A stretch of 31,969 nucleotides of DNA from Candidatus Omnitrophota bacterium. Lineage in GTDB: Bacteria > Omnitrophota > Gorgyraeia > Aquiviventales > Aquiviventaceae. Shown piece after piece: positions 23,859-31,969 of the stretch. The stretch covers positions 1 to 31,969 of the forward strand of contig JAJDCC010000039.1 of NCBI GenBank assembly GCA_029261015.1. Reading direction: 5' to 3'. A program made the position numbers and the translations under genes. The stretch's first letter is position 1, and every line of letters begins with the position of its first letter. The notes under the pieces are model-generated. The model ran no database searches. It was not told where the DNA came from and saw only the letters and a list, made by a program, of their open reading frames with translations.

Positions 23859-25213
23859 GAGAGCACTCTCTTTGCTTCCCGAATTCCAGACAAATAAGCC
23901 CCCTGCACGGTACCTGGAAACTCGCGCGATGTCGCTTCTCCTGCAAAGAATAACCGCCCATGCCTTAAAGGTTCTGCCAATAAATCATAAGCTTCCGGTT
24001 TTGAGCGTGCCGATAAATAGGAATAGGCCCCATAAGCATAAGGGTCACTCCCCCACTTGGTGACACGAATGCCTGTAGCCGTTGGAATGTCTCGACCAAA
24101 AATATTTTTTAGAATCTGCATATTCTGACTCAAGATCTCTTTATCTGAAAGAAATTCAATTTGGCGCGCAAATTCGCCCCCTGCAAATGCCATGAGCAAT
24201 GGCTGATCGGCATACCTTGCCATGTTGAGGTACTTGGGATATTCACCCGCTTTTTCAGACACATACCCCAAATAGGTTGTCTCCTTAGGCCAAAATATTT
24301 CAGGAAACCGCAGGATAACTTTATTAAGCACGCCCATATCCAAACTGTATATAGCAGCTTGCTTATCTACTGGCAATGGAGGGTCAAACCGCACCACGCC
24401 TTTTTTCAAGACACCTAAAGGCAAAGTCACAATCACTGCATCGGCATCAAAACTGCCTTGAGGTGTGGTGACGCGCACGCCTTCAAACCCATGTTCAATT
24501 TTTTGTACCGTCTGTTGATAACGAATATCCAAGCCTTGCGCCAAATTGCGCACGAGCGCATCATGCCCTTGAGGAAATAAAGCCTCTGTGCCCGTAAAAT
24601 GGGTCTTTGCATCACTATACGCTAAAGACAGTTCTTCTAGTTCAGCGCCCGTCTCCATGACAAGTGCTTGCTTTGAGAACTGCAAATACCGCCTATCATT
24701 TTGTGACAAGTTTTCATTGATCAGGCCATGCTTAAGCGCTTCACCAAGAGAGATATCCCGCTCATAAGTTTGAGCTAACGCTTTTCCCTGAGCTAACCAT
24801 CGCTTAAAATTTTTTTCATGTGCTCTCACGTCTTCTTGCGACAGTTCTCGGCCATCCGCATCGTAAACTGCCCTATCCCCATGATCTATCACCGCCGTTG
24901 AAATGCCCATTTGCTCGGCTAATTGTGCTATGGGGTTCTCTGCTATGTCATGAATCCATGCAGCCCCCAAATCAACCGCTGCACCAAAATCTCGGTTGGT
25001 CCAAATACGCCCCCCCATGCGTTGGCGGGCCTCAAGGACTGTCACTGTAGCTTGTTTACTTAAAACAGAAGCTGCCGCCAAACCCGCCATTCCCGCGCCA
25101 ATCACAATGACCGAAGCGCGTTGTGATTCTTGTGCAAATACAGGAGGCAATTGCTTAAGGTAAGCCGATGCAGCGAAAGCCGCTGATAACTTGAGGAAGG
25201 CGCGTCTGTCCAT
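23855..25213 (-). CDS. Tat-exported flavin monoamine/polyamine oxidase family protein
   Basis: MDRRAFLK twin-arginine signal, VIGAGMAGLAAA, EARQRMGGRI, DLGAAWIH, VTLPLGVLK, KWGSDPYAYGAYSY, FFAGEAT, GTVQGAYLSGIREA. Confidence 0.9.
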   Translation of the reverse strand: MDRRAFLKLSAAFAASAYLKQLPPVFAQESQRASVIVIGAGMAGLAAASVLSKQATVTVLEARQRMGGRIWTNRDFGAAVDLGAAWIHDIAENPIAQLAEQMGISTAVIDHGDRAVYDADGRELSQEDVRAHEKNFKRWLAQGKALAQTYERDISLGEALKHGLINENLSQNDRRYLQFSKQALVMETGAELEELSLAYSDAKTHFTGTEALFPQGHDALVRNLAQGLDIRYQQTVQKIEHGFEGVRVTTPQGSFDADAVIVTLPLGVLKKGVVRFDPPLPVDKQAAIYSLDMGVLNKVILRFPEIFWPKETTYLGYVSEKAGEYPKYLNMARYADQPLLMAFAGGEFARQIEFLSDKEILSQNMQILKNIFGRDIPTATGIRVTKWGSDPYAYGAYSYLSARSKPEAYDLLAEPLRHGRLFFAGEATSREFPGTVQGAYLSGIREAKRVLS

Positions 25214-25237
25214 AAAGAGAAAGAAAGAGGTCCCCTA

Positions 25238-26242
25238 TTATTGCCAACTGAGCTGGAGCGCTTTGATTTTCTTCATTTCCTCTGCGCTAAGAGAAGGGGC
25301 ATCTAAAGCCGCCAGATTTTCAGTGAGTTGTTGTTGGTTGACCATCCCAGGAATCACCACTGAAACGCCAGGCAATCCCAACGAATACTGAATCGCAGAC
25401 TGAGCCAAAGTTCGGTCCTTGTGCACCAAAAAACGAAACTGCGCAGCACGGCGTCTGCGTTCCATCAATTCCTTAAGGTCGCGCAAAGTGTTATCTGCCA
25501 TTGTATCTGAATCCGCATCGGTCAATAAGCCCTGCGCTAAAGGAACGCGGGCAATCACTCCGATATTCTTTTGTTGTGCCAACTCAAGAAACTTTAACGA
25601 TGCTTCAAAATCCAACAAATTGAGCGTGACCTGAATCGTTCCGATACCTTCAACATCTAAACACGTAAAAGCATCATCCACCGTGACACAGGAAACACCA
25701 AAGTGCCGAATCTTACCTTGACGCTTAAGCAGCCGAAAGGTATCGAAAACTTCGCCATGCTCTAAAACTTCTGGGGTGGGGTTGTACAATTGATAAATAT
25801 CCAGGTAATCGGTTTGCAATCGAATAAGGGATTTTTCGATCGCATCCATAATGTGTGCATGCGAATAATCATAGTGCTGCTGACTTTCACGCATGCCATG
25901 CAAAGTCCGCTTCATTTTGTTAAACAGTCCACTGATTGGACTCAGATACGGACGAACCATTAAGGCCACCGCACCTAGAGGTTTAAATCGTTTGCCCACC
26001 TTACTCGCAATGATGACTTGATCGCGCCGTGTTTTAAACGCCTGCCCCAACAACTTCTCACTGTTTCCAAAACTATAACTGTCTGAAGTATCAAAAAAAT
26101 TAACGCCTGAATCAAACGCACGGTTCAACGCCGCCAAAGCCTCTTTATCATCTTTATGGAACAAACCTCCGCCTAAAGACGAACAGCCAAATCCCATTTC
26201 ACTAATTTTTAACTCTGTATTTCCCAATTGTCTTTGCTTCAT
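25238..26242 (-). CDS. Aldo/keto reductase family protein
   Basis: RQLGNTELKISEMGFGC, FFDTSDSY, IASKVG, SLIRLQTDYLDIY, GKIRHFGVS, RVPLAQGLL, LAQSAI, VIPGM. ATGA overlap at 26239-26242. Confidence 0.92.
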   Translation of the reverse strand: MKQRQLGNTELKISEMGFGCSSLGGGLFHKDDKEALAALNRAFDSGVNFFDTSDSYSFGNSEKLLGQAFKTRRDQVIIASKVGKRFKPLGAVALMVRPYLSPISGLFNKMKRTLHGMRESQQHYDYSHAHIMDAIEKSLIRLQTDYLDIYQLYNPTPEVLEHGEVFDTFRLLKRQGKIRHFGVSCVTVDDAFTCLDVEGIGTIQVTLNLLDFEASLKFLELAQQKNIGVIARVPLAQGLLTDADSDTMADNTLRDLKELMERRRRAAQFRFLVHKDRTLAQSAIQYSLGLPGVSVVIPGMVNQQQLTENLAALDAPSLSAEEMKKIKALQLSWQ

Positions 26243-27783
26243 TTTTCCTGCGTCTGTTTGAATTGCTGACAAAAACTTTTACCATCCAGACCCTGTTTGG
26301 GTTTTTGACCCAAGAGATCCAGCCAAGTAGGCATCACATCAACGGTCGCCATTCCTTCAATTTTCTTTCCAGGCACAACCCCAGGACCATGGACAAACAA
26401 AATCCCGGACTCACGGTGTGACCCTGTCGTTGGCCAACGCATACCCGCCCTTTGGCGCGCCACAAAAACATCATCTCGCTGTTCAGCATCTTCGGTTGGC
26501 ATATATTCTCCTGCTTTCCAACAAATGGTCAAGTCAGGAGCATATTCCATGAGAGGGCCAGAAAACAATTCATGAGCTTGATACACCCCTTCGACAGGCT
26601 TATCTCCTGTCATTGGGTCCACTAATTCTAAAAGCTGTTTCTTGATTTGCTGGCACAACTGCTGATACTCAAGCCCCGGCTCAACAATTCCCTTAGGATC
26701 ACGCCCTTTTAGGTTGATATAAATACTGCCTTCTTTGCCGCGAGAAAATGCCCGAGTTTTACTCCAATCAATGTGACCATGCTCTGAGACATCTTCCATG
26801 TGCGCTTTAACAGCCCCCAAATATTTATTGGCATAGTAATACGTCCATTTGGGTAGCCATTTCATTAACGCTTCTTTCATCACAATTTTTGATTCACGCG
26901 CCTTACGCTGTTTCTCAACAGAATCAGACGTCATTTCTTGCTCGAACAAAAACCCCTGTTGGCGCAACCATGTATCTATTTGAACACCGGACCGTAATGG
27001 CCCAGCACCGCATTCTGAAAACACAAAAAGATAGGCGTTTGGGCCGATCAATTCCAGATACTTTGCCAAGGCTTTATCTAAAGCTTGATAGGCTTCTTTA
27101 ATCACATTGCGATAAAGGCTTTGCTCATCATGCATGTCTTGCCAAAAATAATGCTGCGCCATCGCAGTCGCACTCGTGAAGGTTAAAAAAAACTGGGCAG
27201 GGTGTTTGTGCAGCAAATAACGAACCACACGACTGTATTCGGCAACATCCTCAGGAATTAAAGTCAAATAATCTTCCTTTTGGCGTCCGCCTGGAAAAAT
27301 ATCTTTAAGTCGATAATTTCCATACCGCTTCACAATATCATCGTAAATTTCCTTGGGTCGAGCAATAGATCGGTGCGCACCTGGAGCGTCTTGCCCTGAG
27401 ATCATCACTCCCAAGATATTCTTCGGAGGGTATGTCAAAGGGACATTAATGATATTGCTGGTAATCCCTAAATCACTCAAATGATCCCAAATCGGCGGCT
27501 CAGATAAAGCACTGCCATTGATCTCTTTAAAATCCCCCTCGGGTCCACGTTGCCAAAAATCAAAAGCTCCGTGTTTCCCAGGAAGCGTCCCTGTGAGGAT
27601 AGTGCCCCACATTTGCGGCGTCACAAAAGGCACGCTCGATTTCAAGGGCCCCCAAGCGCCGTGAGTCATGAGTTTCTTAAAGGTAGGCAAGTCTCCAGCA
27701 TCCACCCAGGGTTGGATGAGATCTAGTGTGGCCTCGGCCAAAGCAATACTGAATACTTGGGTATGTTTTTGTTCCAGAAACAT
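26239..27783 (-). CDS. Alkaline phosphatase/type I phosphodiesterase-fold protein of a glycan cluster
   Basis: GDLPTFKKLM..GAWGPLKSSVPFVT, ILTGTLPGKHG, NVPLTYP, IYINLKGRDPKGIV, APDL, GSHRESGIL...GPG, DVMPTWL. Confidence 0.85.
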   Translation of the reverse strand: MFLEQKHTQVFSIALAEATLDLIQPWVDAGDLPTFKKLMTHGAWGPLKSSVPFVTPQMWGTILTGTLPGKHGAFDFWQRGPEGDFKEINGSALSEPPIWDHLSDLGITSNIINVPLTYPPKNILGVMISGQDAPGAHRSIARPKEIYDDIVKRYGNYRLKDIFPGGRQKEDYLTLIPEDVAEYSRVVRYLLHKHPAQFFLTFTSATAMAQHYFWQDMHDEQSLYRNVIKEAYQALDKALAKYLELIGPNAYLFVFSECGAGPLRSGVQIDTWLRQQGFLFEQEMTSDSVEKQRKARESKIVMKEALMKWLPKWTYYYANKYLGAVKAHMEDVSEHGHIDWSKTRAFSRGKEGSIYINLKGRDPKGIVEPGLEYQQLCQQIKKQLLELVDPMTGDKPVEGVYQAHELFSGPLMEYAPDLTICWKAGEYMPTEDAEQRDDVFVARQRAGMRWPTTGSHRESGILFVHGPGVVPGKKIEGMATVDVMPTWLDLLGQKPKQGLDGKSFCQQFKQTQEK

Positions 27784-28877
27784 TATTGCTCTATGCCTAA
27801 TAATTGACGGTATATCAATTCATGTTGGTCTACAGACTGCTGGCATTCGTAATGCATTTGAACATACGCTTGGCCCTTATCCGCCAAAACTTTCCACGCA
27901 TCATCTTTCAGCAGAAAATTCAGTCCTTCTAGGAAATTATCATTATGTGCCCAATACCCAAAACGCTGTGTGACCTCACTGGTGTTCACTGAACTCAACA
28001 AGGCACACCGATGCGCTAAAGCCTCAAGAAAAGATGTCGGGAGGCCTTCTCGAGATGAGGTATTAATGAGAATCCAACTCTGTTCAAGCACTTCTGACAT
28101 TTTATTCGATGTGAATTGGTCCACAAATCCTAACAATTTCACATTGTCCAATTTGCCATACTCAGCGCGCAAAGAGCGATCCCACTCTGCGTTTTGCCCC
28201 TGCCCAATGGCCACAAAATCAACATCTGTACGTTGTTTAGCCAACTCCAAAAAAAGCTCAGGACGTTTTCGTCTATCCCATCGACCCAAAAAGCAGACCT
28301 GGGGTTTATCCGATTTATGTAATGCTCTTTGCGGAATTTCAATTGGCGAGGGCAAAAATAACGGACGCTGCTTTAACCCATACAATTTCTGCGCTTTCGC
28401 CTCTAACCCTTCGGCGCAAGAAAAATAGGCATCCGCTTTTTTCACTGCATGCCTCACCCATGGATTGTGCTCATACGCTAAAGACCGTAAGGTTTTAAAT
28501 CGACTGACTGAAGGTCGAGCCACTTCTAAAAACCAATCCTTGGCATCCCGCGGATCTCGAAACGTGACCACATGTTTACTTCTAGGTGAAGTTTTCAGCG
28601 CGTAGTAGGTCCCCATAGAAGGCTCTTGTGAATGGTAAATGTCTGCATTAATTTGACGATATAAAACTTGTGAGATCCAAGGTTGCTCTGCAGGAAAGCT
28701 CAAGACATGCATCCCATCAAGCACCTCCACCGGCTGCTGATCTGCACGCCTGGGCACCACCACAATGACTTCATGCCCACGCTTAGCCAATTCACGGCCT
28801 AACATACGCGTTGAGCGGCCAAAGCCCCCATACTTCCCCCAAGCAAACACTTCCACACAGATCAAACAAATACGCAT
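27783..28877 (-). CDS. Glycosyltransferase family 4 (GT-B)
   Basis: MRICLI, GGFGRS, GHEV.V, FLGRWDRRKRPELF, NTSSREGLPTSFLEAL (EX7E). Confidence 0.92.
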   Translation of the reverse strand: MRICLICVEVFAWGKYGGFGRSTRMLGRELAKRGHEVIVVVPRRADQQPVEVLDGMHVLSFPAEQPWISQVLYRQINADIYHSQEPSMGTYYALKTSPRSKHVVTFRDPRDAKDWFLEVARPSVSRFKTLRSLAYEHNPWVRHAVKKADAYFSCAEGLEAKAQKLYGLKQRPLFLPSPIEIPQRALHKSDKPQVCFLGRWDRRKRPELFLELAKQRTDVDFVAIGQGQNAEWDRSLRAEYGKLDNVKLLGFVDQFTSNKMSEVLEQSWILINTSSREGLPTSFLEALAHRCALLSSVNTSEVTQRFGYWAHNDNFLEGLNFLLKDDAWKVLADKGQAYVQMHYECQQSVDQHELIYRQLLGIEQ

Positions 28878-28878
28878 C

Positions 28879-29862
28879 TTATGCCACACTCTCTGAATGA
28901 ATGGGTTTATTTCTCAGAACGCGAAACACCTCAAAACCCGCACCTATACTTGCAATCCACAACATACGCAATAAAAGCAAAAAAGACCATGCTAAAGTCA
29001 TATCAGGGGCTACGCCATAAGGCTCCAAGAGTACAAGCAGACTCACCTCTCTCACACCCAACCCTGCCCAAGCAATCGGAAGCATACTCAAGATCAGCAA
29101 AATGGATCGAATCCAACCAATCTGTGTCATCTCCAAAGGCAATGCAATGGCTCTTGCCATAAGGACCAGAGAAGCAAATCCAATAAGATGACGCAAGATA
29201 GAGTAACCGATCACCTTCAGTTTCACACTGATAGGAAAGTCCTGAAATTTTTCGGCAGCATAGATGAGTTTGATGAATTTCCCCCCCACAAAACCCAAAA
29301 CCCCTTTCTCAGGCAACCGCACTTTAACCCATTCAGTCACTTGAGGAATCAGCATCAAAGCATGCATCACACCTAGTGCCAATAGGAGCGACATCAGCAA
29401 AACCCCTAAAGCTCCTTGCTTTGCTGCTAGTGGATCCAAACACCAAAACATCAAACCCAACCCCAACAGTACCAGCGTGTCTACAGCACGATCCACCAAA
29501 ATACACAAAAAACTTTCAGCAGGCTTATTGTTGGGTGCTGAAATCCGATGCCACCGTATAGCGCCTCCACCTAATTCTCCTGGCAATCCTAAACCATAAA
29601 ACGTGCTGACACAGCTGATCTCAAAAAGTTGGCGAGCTTTAAGCTGAATGCCTTGAGCCTTAACCAAAATGCGCATCCTCAACGCAGCACTATAACGCAT
29701 GGCTAACTGCAAGAGCATTGCACTCATCAATAAGGTCACATTCACCTGTGTTAAGGTGTGCCATACTTGTGCAAATGGAATGCGTGTTAAGAGTACTCCC
29801 AGTAGCACTACTGTGATTAATAGCTGAATCGACCATTTGAGCCAGCTTTTATTCTTGGCCAT
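28879..29862 (-). CDS. Lysylphosphatidylglycerol synthase TM / UPF0104 flippase-like membrane protein
   Basis: LRM..LV...G, F.GLGLPGELGGGAIR, ILVDRAVD, LPIAWAGLGVREVSL motifs, multiple TMs. Confidence 0.85.
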   Translation of the reverse strand: MAKNKSWLKWSIQLLITVVLLGVLLTRIPFAQVWHTLTQVNVTLLMSAMLLQLAMRYSAALRMRILVKAQGIQLKARQLFEISCVSTFYGLGLPGELGGGAIRWHRISAPNNKPAESFLCILVDRAVDTLVLLGLGLMFWCLDPLAAKQGALGVLLMSLLLALGVMHALMLIPQVTEWVKVRLPEKGVLGFVGGKFIKLIYAAEKFQDFPISVKLKVIGYSILRHLIGFASLVLMARAIALPLEMTQIGWIRSILLILSMLPIAWAGLGVREVSLLVLLEPYGVAPDMTLAWSFLLLLRMLWIASIGAGFEVFRVLRNKPIHSESVA

Positions 29863-31060
29863 TCAAGATTTCCTTATATATAGAACTGATGCTTTGTGCA
29901 ATTGCGGCATAACTCAAGCGTGCTTCAACCAAAGCCAGGCCTGCTTTGCCTATCCGTAGCCTCAGTTCCACATCCTCGATGAGTTGCTGAATAGCGTTCG
30001 CGATCCCTTTAGGATTTTTAGGCTCGACTAAAATTCCATGGACACCATCCTGAATGTATTCCCCAATGCCTTCTCCATGACAGGCAATGATGGGCTTTTT
30101 CATCGATAACGCTTCAGCATATACAGTACCAAAAGCCTCCGCTTGTGAGGGCAAAGCAAACAAGACACACTCATGCATCAACTGCATCACTTCAGCATGA
30201 GACTTGCGCCCCATTAACAGCACACGTTCTTGCAAATTAAGCGCTCTGATGAGTCTCTCCAATCGGGCCCTTTCTGGACCGTCACCCACAATAACACACT
30301 GCAAATCAGGCATATGCTCACGCACCAATTCTAGCGCATGAATCAAATACCAATGCCCTTTCCTGGCATTCAATGCCCCTACCGATAAAATATAGGGCTT
30401 TGACCTTCTAGAAATTCCTGGATTCTTGGTGAAAGACATCGAATCCATATCCGCCGCTGCAGGGATTCGATGCACAGACTTGTCTGTCATGCCTTGTAAC
30501 GCTTGCGCCAAACTTGAGTTGAGTGTAATGACTGCATGCGCATCATGCACAATTTTTTCATACAGTCTCTTGCGGCGACTGTGCTGCATGGCTGCATTCA
30601 ATCGCTGAGGAGAACGCTCATGCATCACATAAGGAATATGATACTTATGACTCATACGCCAGGCTAAATAACCCGAAGGAAAAACAAAATTGGCGTGAAG
30701 CACATCGGGTTTTTCTGTGTGGATTACAGTATCAATTACCTGTTTACATCCCTTCCACACCCATTCTGAATCCCAGTAGGGCCATGTGTTATAGATATTT
30801 TTGGCAACCCAACGATGCGGATAATGCAAACACCGAAGGTAATAACTTTTTATCCCCTGATAGTCCCATTGATCGGGAACATGAGCCCAGTGACGCATTG
30901 ATTGATTTAAAGCAAGTGCGCGAGGAATCCAGGGAGTGGGTGCCATGCCTACTGTATCTACACCCTGATTTTGCAAAGCCTGCATTGTCTTAAAGCCCCA
31001 TATACCCATCGCGGTATCATGCGGCCGAGGATAATAATCACATAACCAAAGTGATTTCAT
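29849..31060 (-). CDS. Glycosyltransferase family 4 (GT-B, TuaC-like)
   Basis: PDVLHANFVFPSG, ILSVGALNARKG, IVGDGPE, ALPSQAEAFGTVYAEAL (EX7E), GVHGILVEP. ATGA overlap at 31057-31060. Confidence 0.92.
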   Translation of the reverse strand: MKSLWLCDYYPRPHDTAMGIWGFKTMQALQNQGVDTVGMAPTPWIPRALALNQSMRHWAHVPDQWDYQGIKSYYLRCLHYPHRWVAKNIYNTWPYWDSEWVWKGCKQVIDTVIHTEKPDVLHANFVFPSGYLAWRMSHKYHIPYVMHERSPQRLNAAMQHSRRKRLYEKIVHDAHAVITLNSSLAQALQGMTDKSVHRIPAAADMDSMSFTKNPGISRRSKPYILSVGALNARKGHWYLIHALELVREHMPDLQCVIVGDGPERARLERLIRALNLQERVLLMGRKSHAEVMQLMHECVLFALPSQAEAFGTVYAEALSMKKPIIACHGEGIGEYIQDGVHGILVEPKNPKGIANAIQQLIEDVELRLRIGKAGLALVEARLSYAAIAQSISSIYKEILNGQE

Positions 31061-31969
31061 GACTCTAATTTTTTTGAGCCCACTTTGAGAATTTGATCCG
31101 GAAATAGCATGCCCAAAATAAACCCAAGAATAAAAATGCATTCTGTATAGATTATGATCAATAGCGCCAGCGGTAAAAACACAAACCGATTTTTATCTTG
31201 GGCAAGCGCTCTAGGCAGCTTAATAAAAGGTCGAGCTAACCAGCGACTGGATACTTTGATGAATGAGATCCCATCTTGGGCCAGATTGAATAGGAAATTT
31301 TTATTCGTTTGAGCCCGATTAGCACGGCGATCCCAAATCAACCAATCTCGTCCATTCACTAGGAAGCGCCAGAACAACTCTCTAAAGTTTTTTGCAGGAA
31401 GAGGGTGTAAGGTGCGCGCCTGATCATTCTTATAGATCTTAAACCCTTGTTTCCTCAACTCAATACTGTGCACCGAACAATTACCACGGTAAACGGATAA
31501 CTCATCTGGAATAGGCAAATCCTTTAACACGCTTCGCTTGAATGCCACATTATTTGCAGCATAAAAATTCGCCCGATAAGGTTTCTGCTGATTCGAAAAT
31601 GTAGGAAACCCCCAAATCAAAGCCACCGCAAAACTAAAAGCATCATCCACTTCAATACAGGTTTCACCAGCCACAATACCCGCATCAGGATGTGTCTTAA
31701 AAACACCTAAAAGTTGTGCTAACCAGTCCTGCTGATACTGACAGTCAGAATCACAAAACAACACACCGTCCCCGGTAGTTTGCTCATAACCTGCCATTTT
31801 AGCCGCATAATAAGGCGTTTGAGGGGCTACCTGCACCACCTGAATCCATGGAAAAGCCGCTGTTAATTCTTGAATGCGTGCTTTAGGCGCGTCTTGTGAG
31901 TCCACTAAAATCACTTGTTTAGCTAAGCTCACTGCGAGGGTTTGATCTTCTAATGAATGCAAACACCGC
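31057..31969 (-). CDS. Glycosyltransferase family 2 (5' end beyond the window)
   Basis: Frame is open to the right edge. CLHSLEDQT, VILVDS, GVLFCDSDC (DXD), ANNVAFKRSVL, C-terminal hydrophobic segment. Confidence 0.85.
   Translation of the reverse strand, partial: RCLHSLEDQTLAVSLAKQVILVDSQDAPKARIQELTAAFPWIQVVQVAPQTPYYAAKMAGYEQTTGDGVLFCDSDCQYQQDWLAQLLGVFKTHPDAGIVAGETCIEVDDAFSFAVALIWGFPTFSNQQKPYRANFYAANNVAFKRSVLKDLPIPDELSVYRGNCSVHSIELRKQGFKIYKNDQARTLHPLPAKNFRELFWRFLVNGRDWLIWDRRANRAQTNKNFLFNLAQDGISFIKVSSRWLARPFIKLPRALAQDKNRFVFLPLALLIIIYTECIFILGFILGMLFPDQILKVGSKKLES

Noticed and set aside
643-30993. Numerous 60-170 aa ORFs antisense or out-of-frame to identified genes (e.g. 3093-3512, 5520-6023, 11517-11954, 27970-28428)
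   Set aside because: Shadow ORFs lying wholly or mostly within well-supported genes, with no motifs or SD.
1-31969. CRISPR arrays, tRNA/rRNA genes, IS transposases, integrases, attC arrays
   Set aside because: No regularly spaced direct repeats, cloverleaf or rRNA consensus, or DDE/HUH/tyrosine recombinase ORFs were seen by eye. Short or divergent elements could have been missed without tools.

Overview
Bacterial chromosomal window with nearly all genes on the minus strand and no tRNA, rRNA, CRISPR array, transposase or integrase detected. It has four blocks. (1) 1-2.3 kb: an edge-truncated Phd/YefM antitoxin with promoter and palindromic operator, mtnN, and a rhomboid protease fused to two Zn-ribbon domains. 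(2) 2.3-13.7 kb: a housekeeping/DNA-repair block (recG, divergent rpmB, recJ, fused secDF, yajC, SpoIID/LytB, DUF2905, ruvB, ruvA, ruvC, yebC) with two GC-rich palindromic intergenic elements and no queA-tgt at their usual position. (3) 13.8-25.2 kb: an accessory run of mostly envelope or small proteins, including an Flp pilin and a 54-aa membrane protein that the ORF track missed. (4) 25.2 kb to the end: part of a surface-glycan cluster (GT2, two GT4, flippase-like protein, AlkP-fold protein, aldo-keto reductase). Gene order and L28/RuvA features suggest a PVC-superphylum organism, possibly Omnitrophota; this is inference only. The most notable signals are intact genes with remodelled active sites: a DapF with both catalytic Cys replaced by Ser, an AlkP-fold lipoprotein that has lost almost all catalytic residues, a second AlkP-fold protein with an altered metal site, and an AKR with His->Tyr. 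All family assignments are by motif recognition by eye; no database searches were run.
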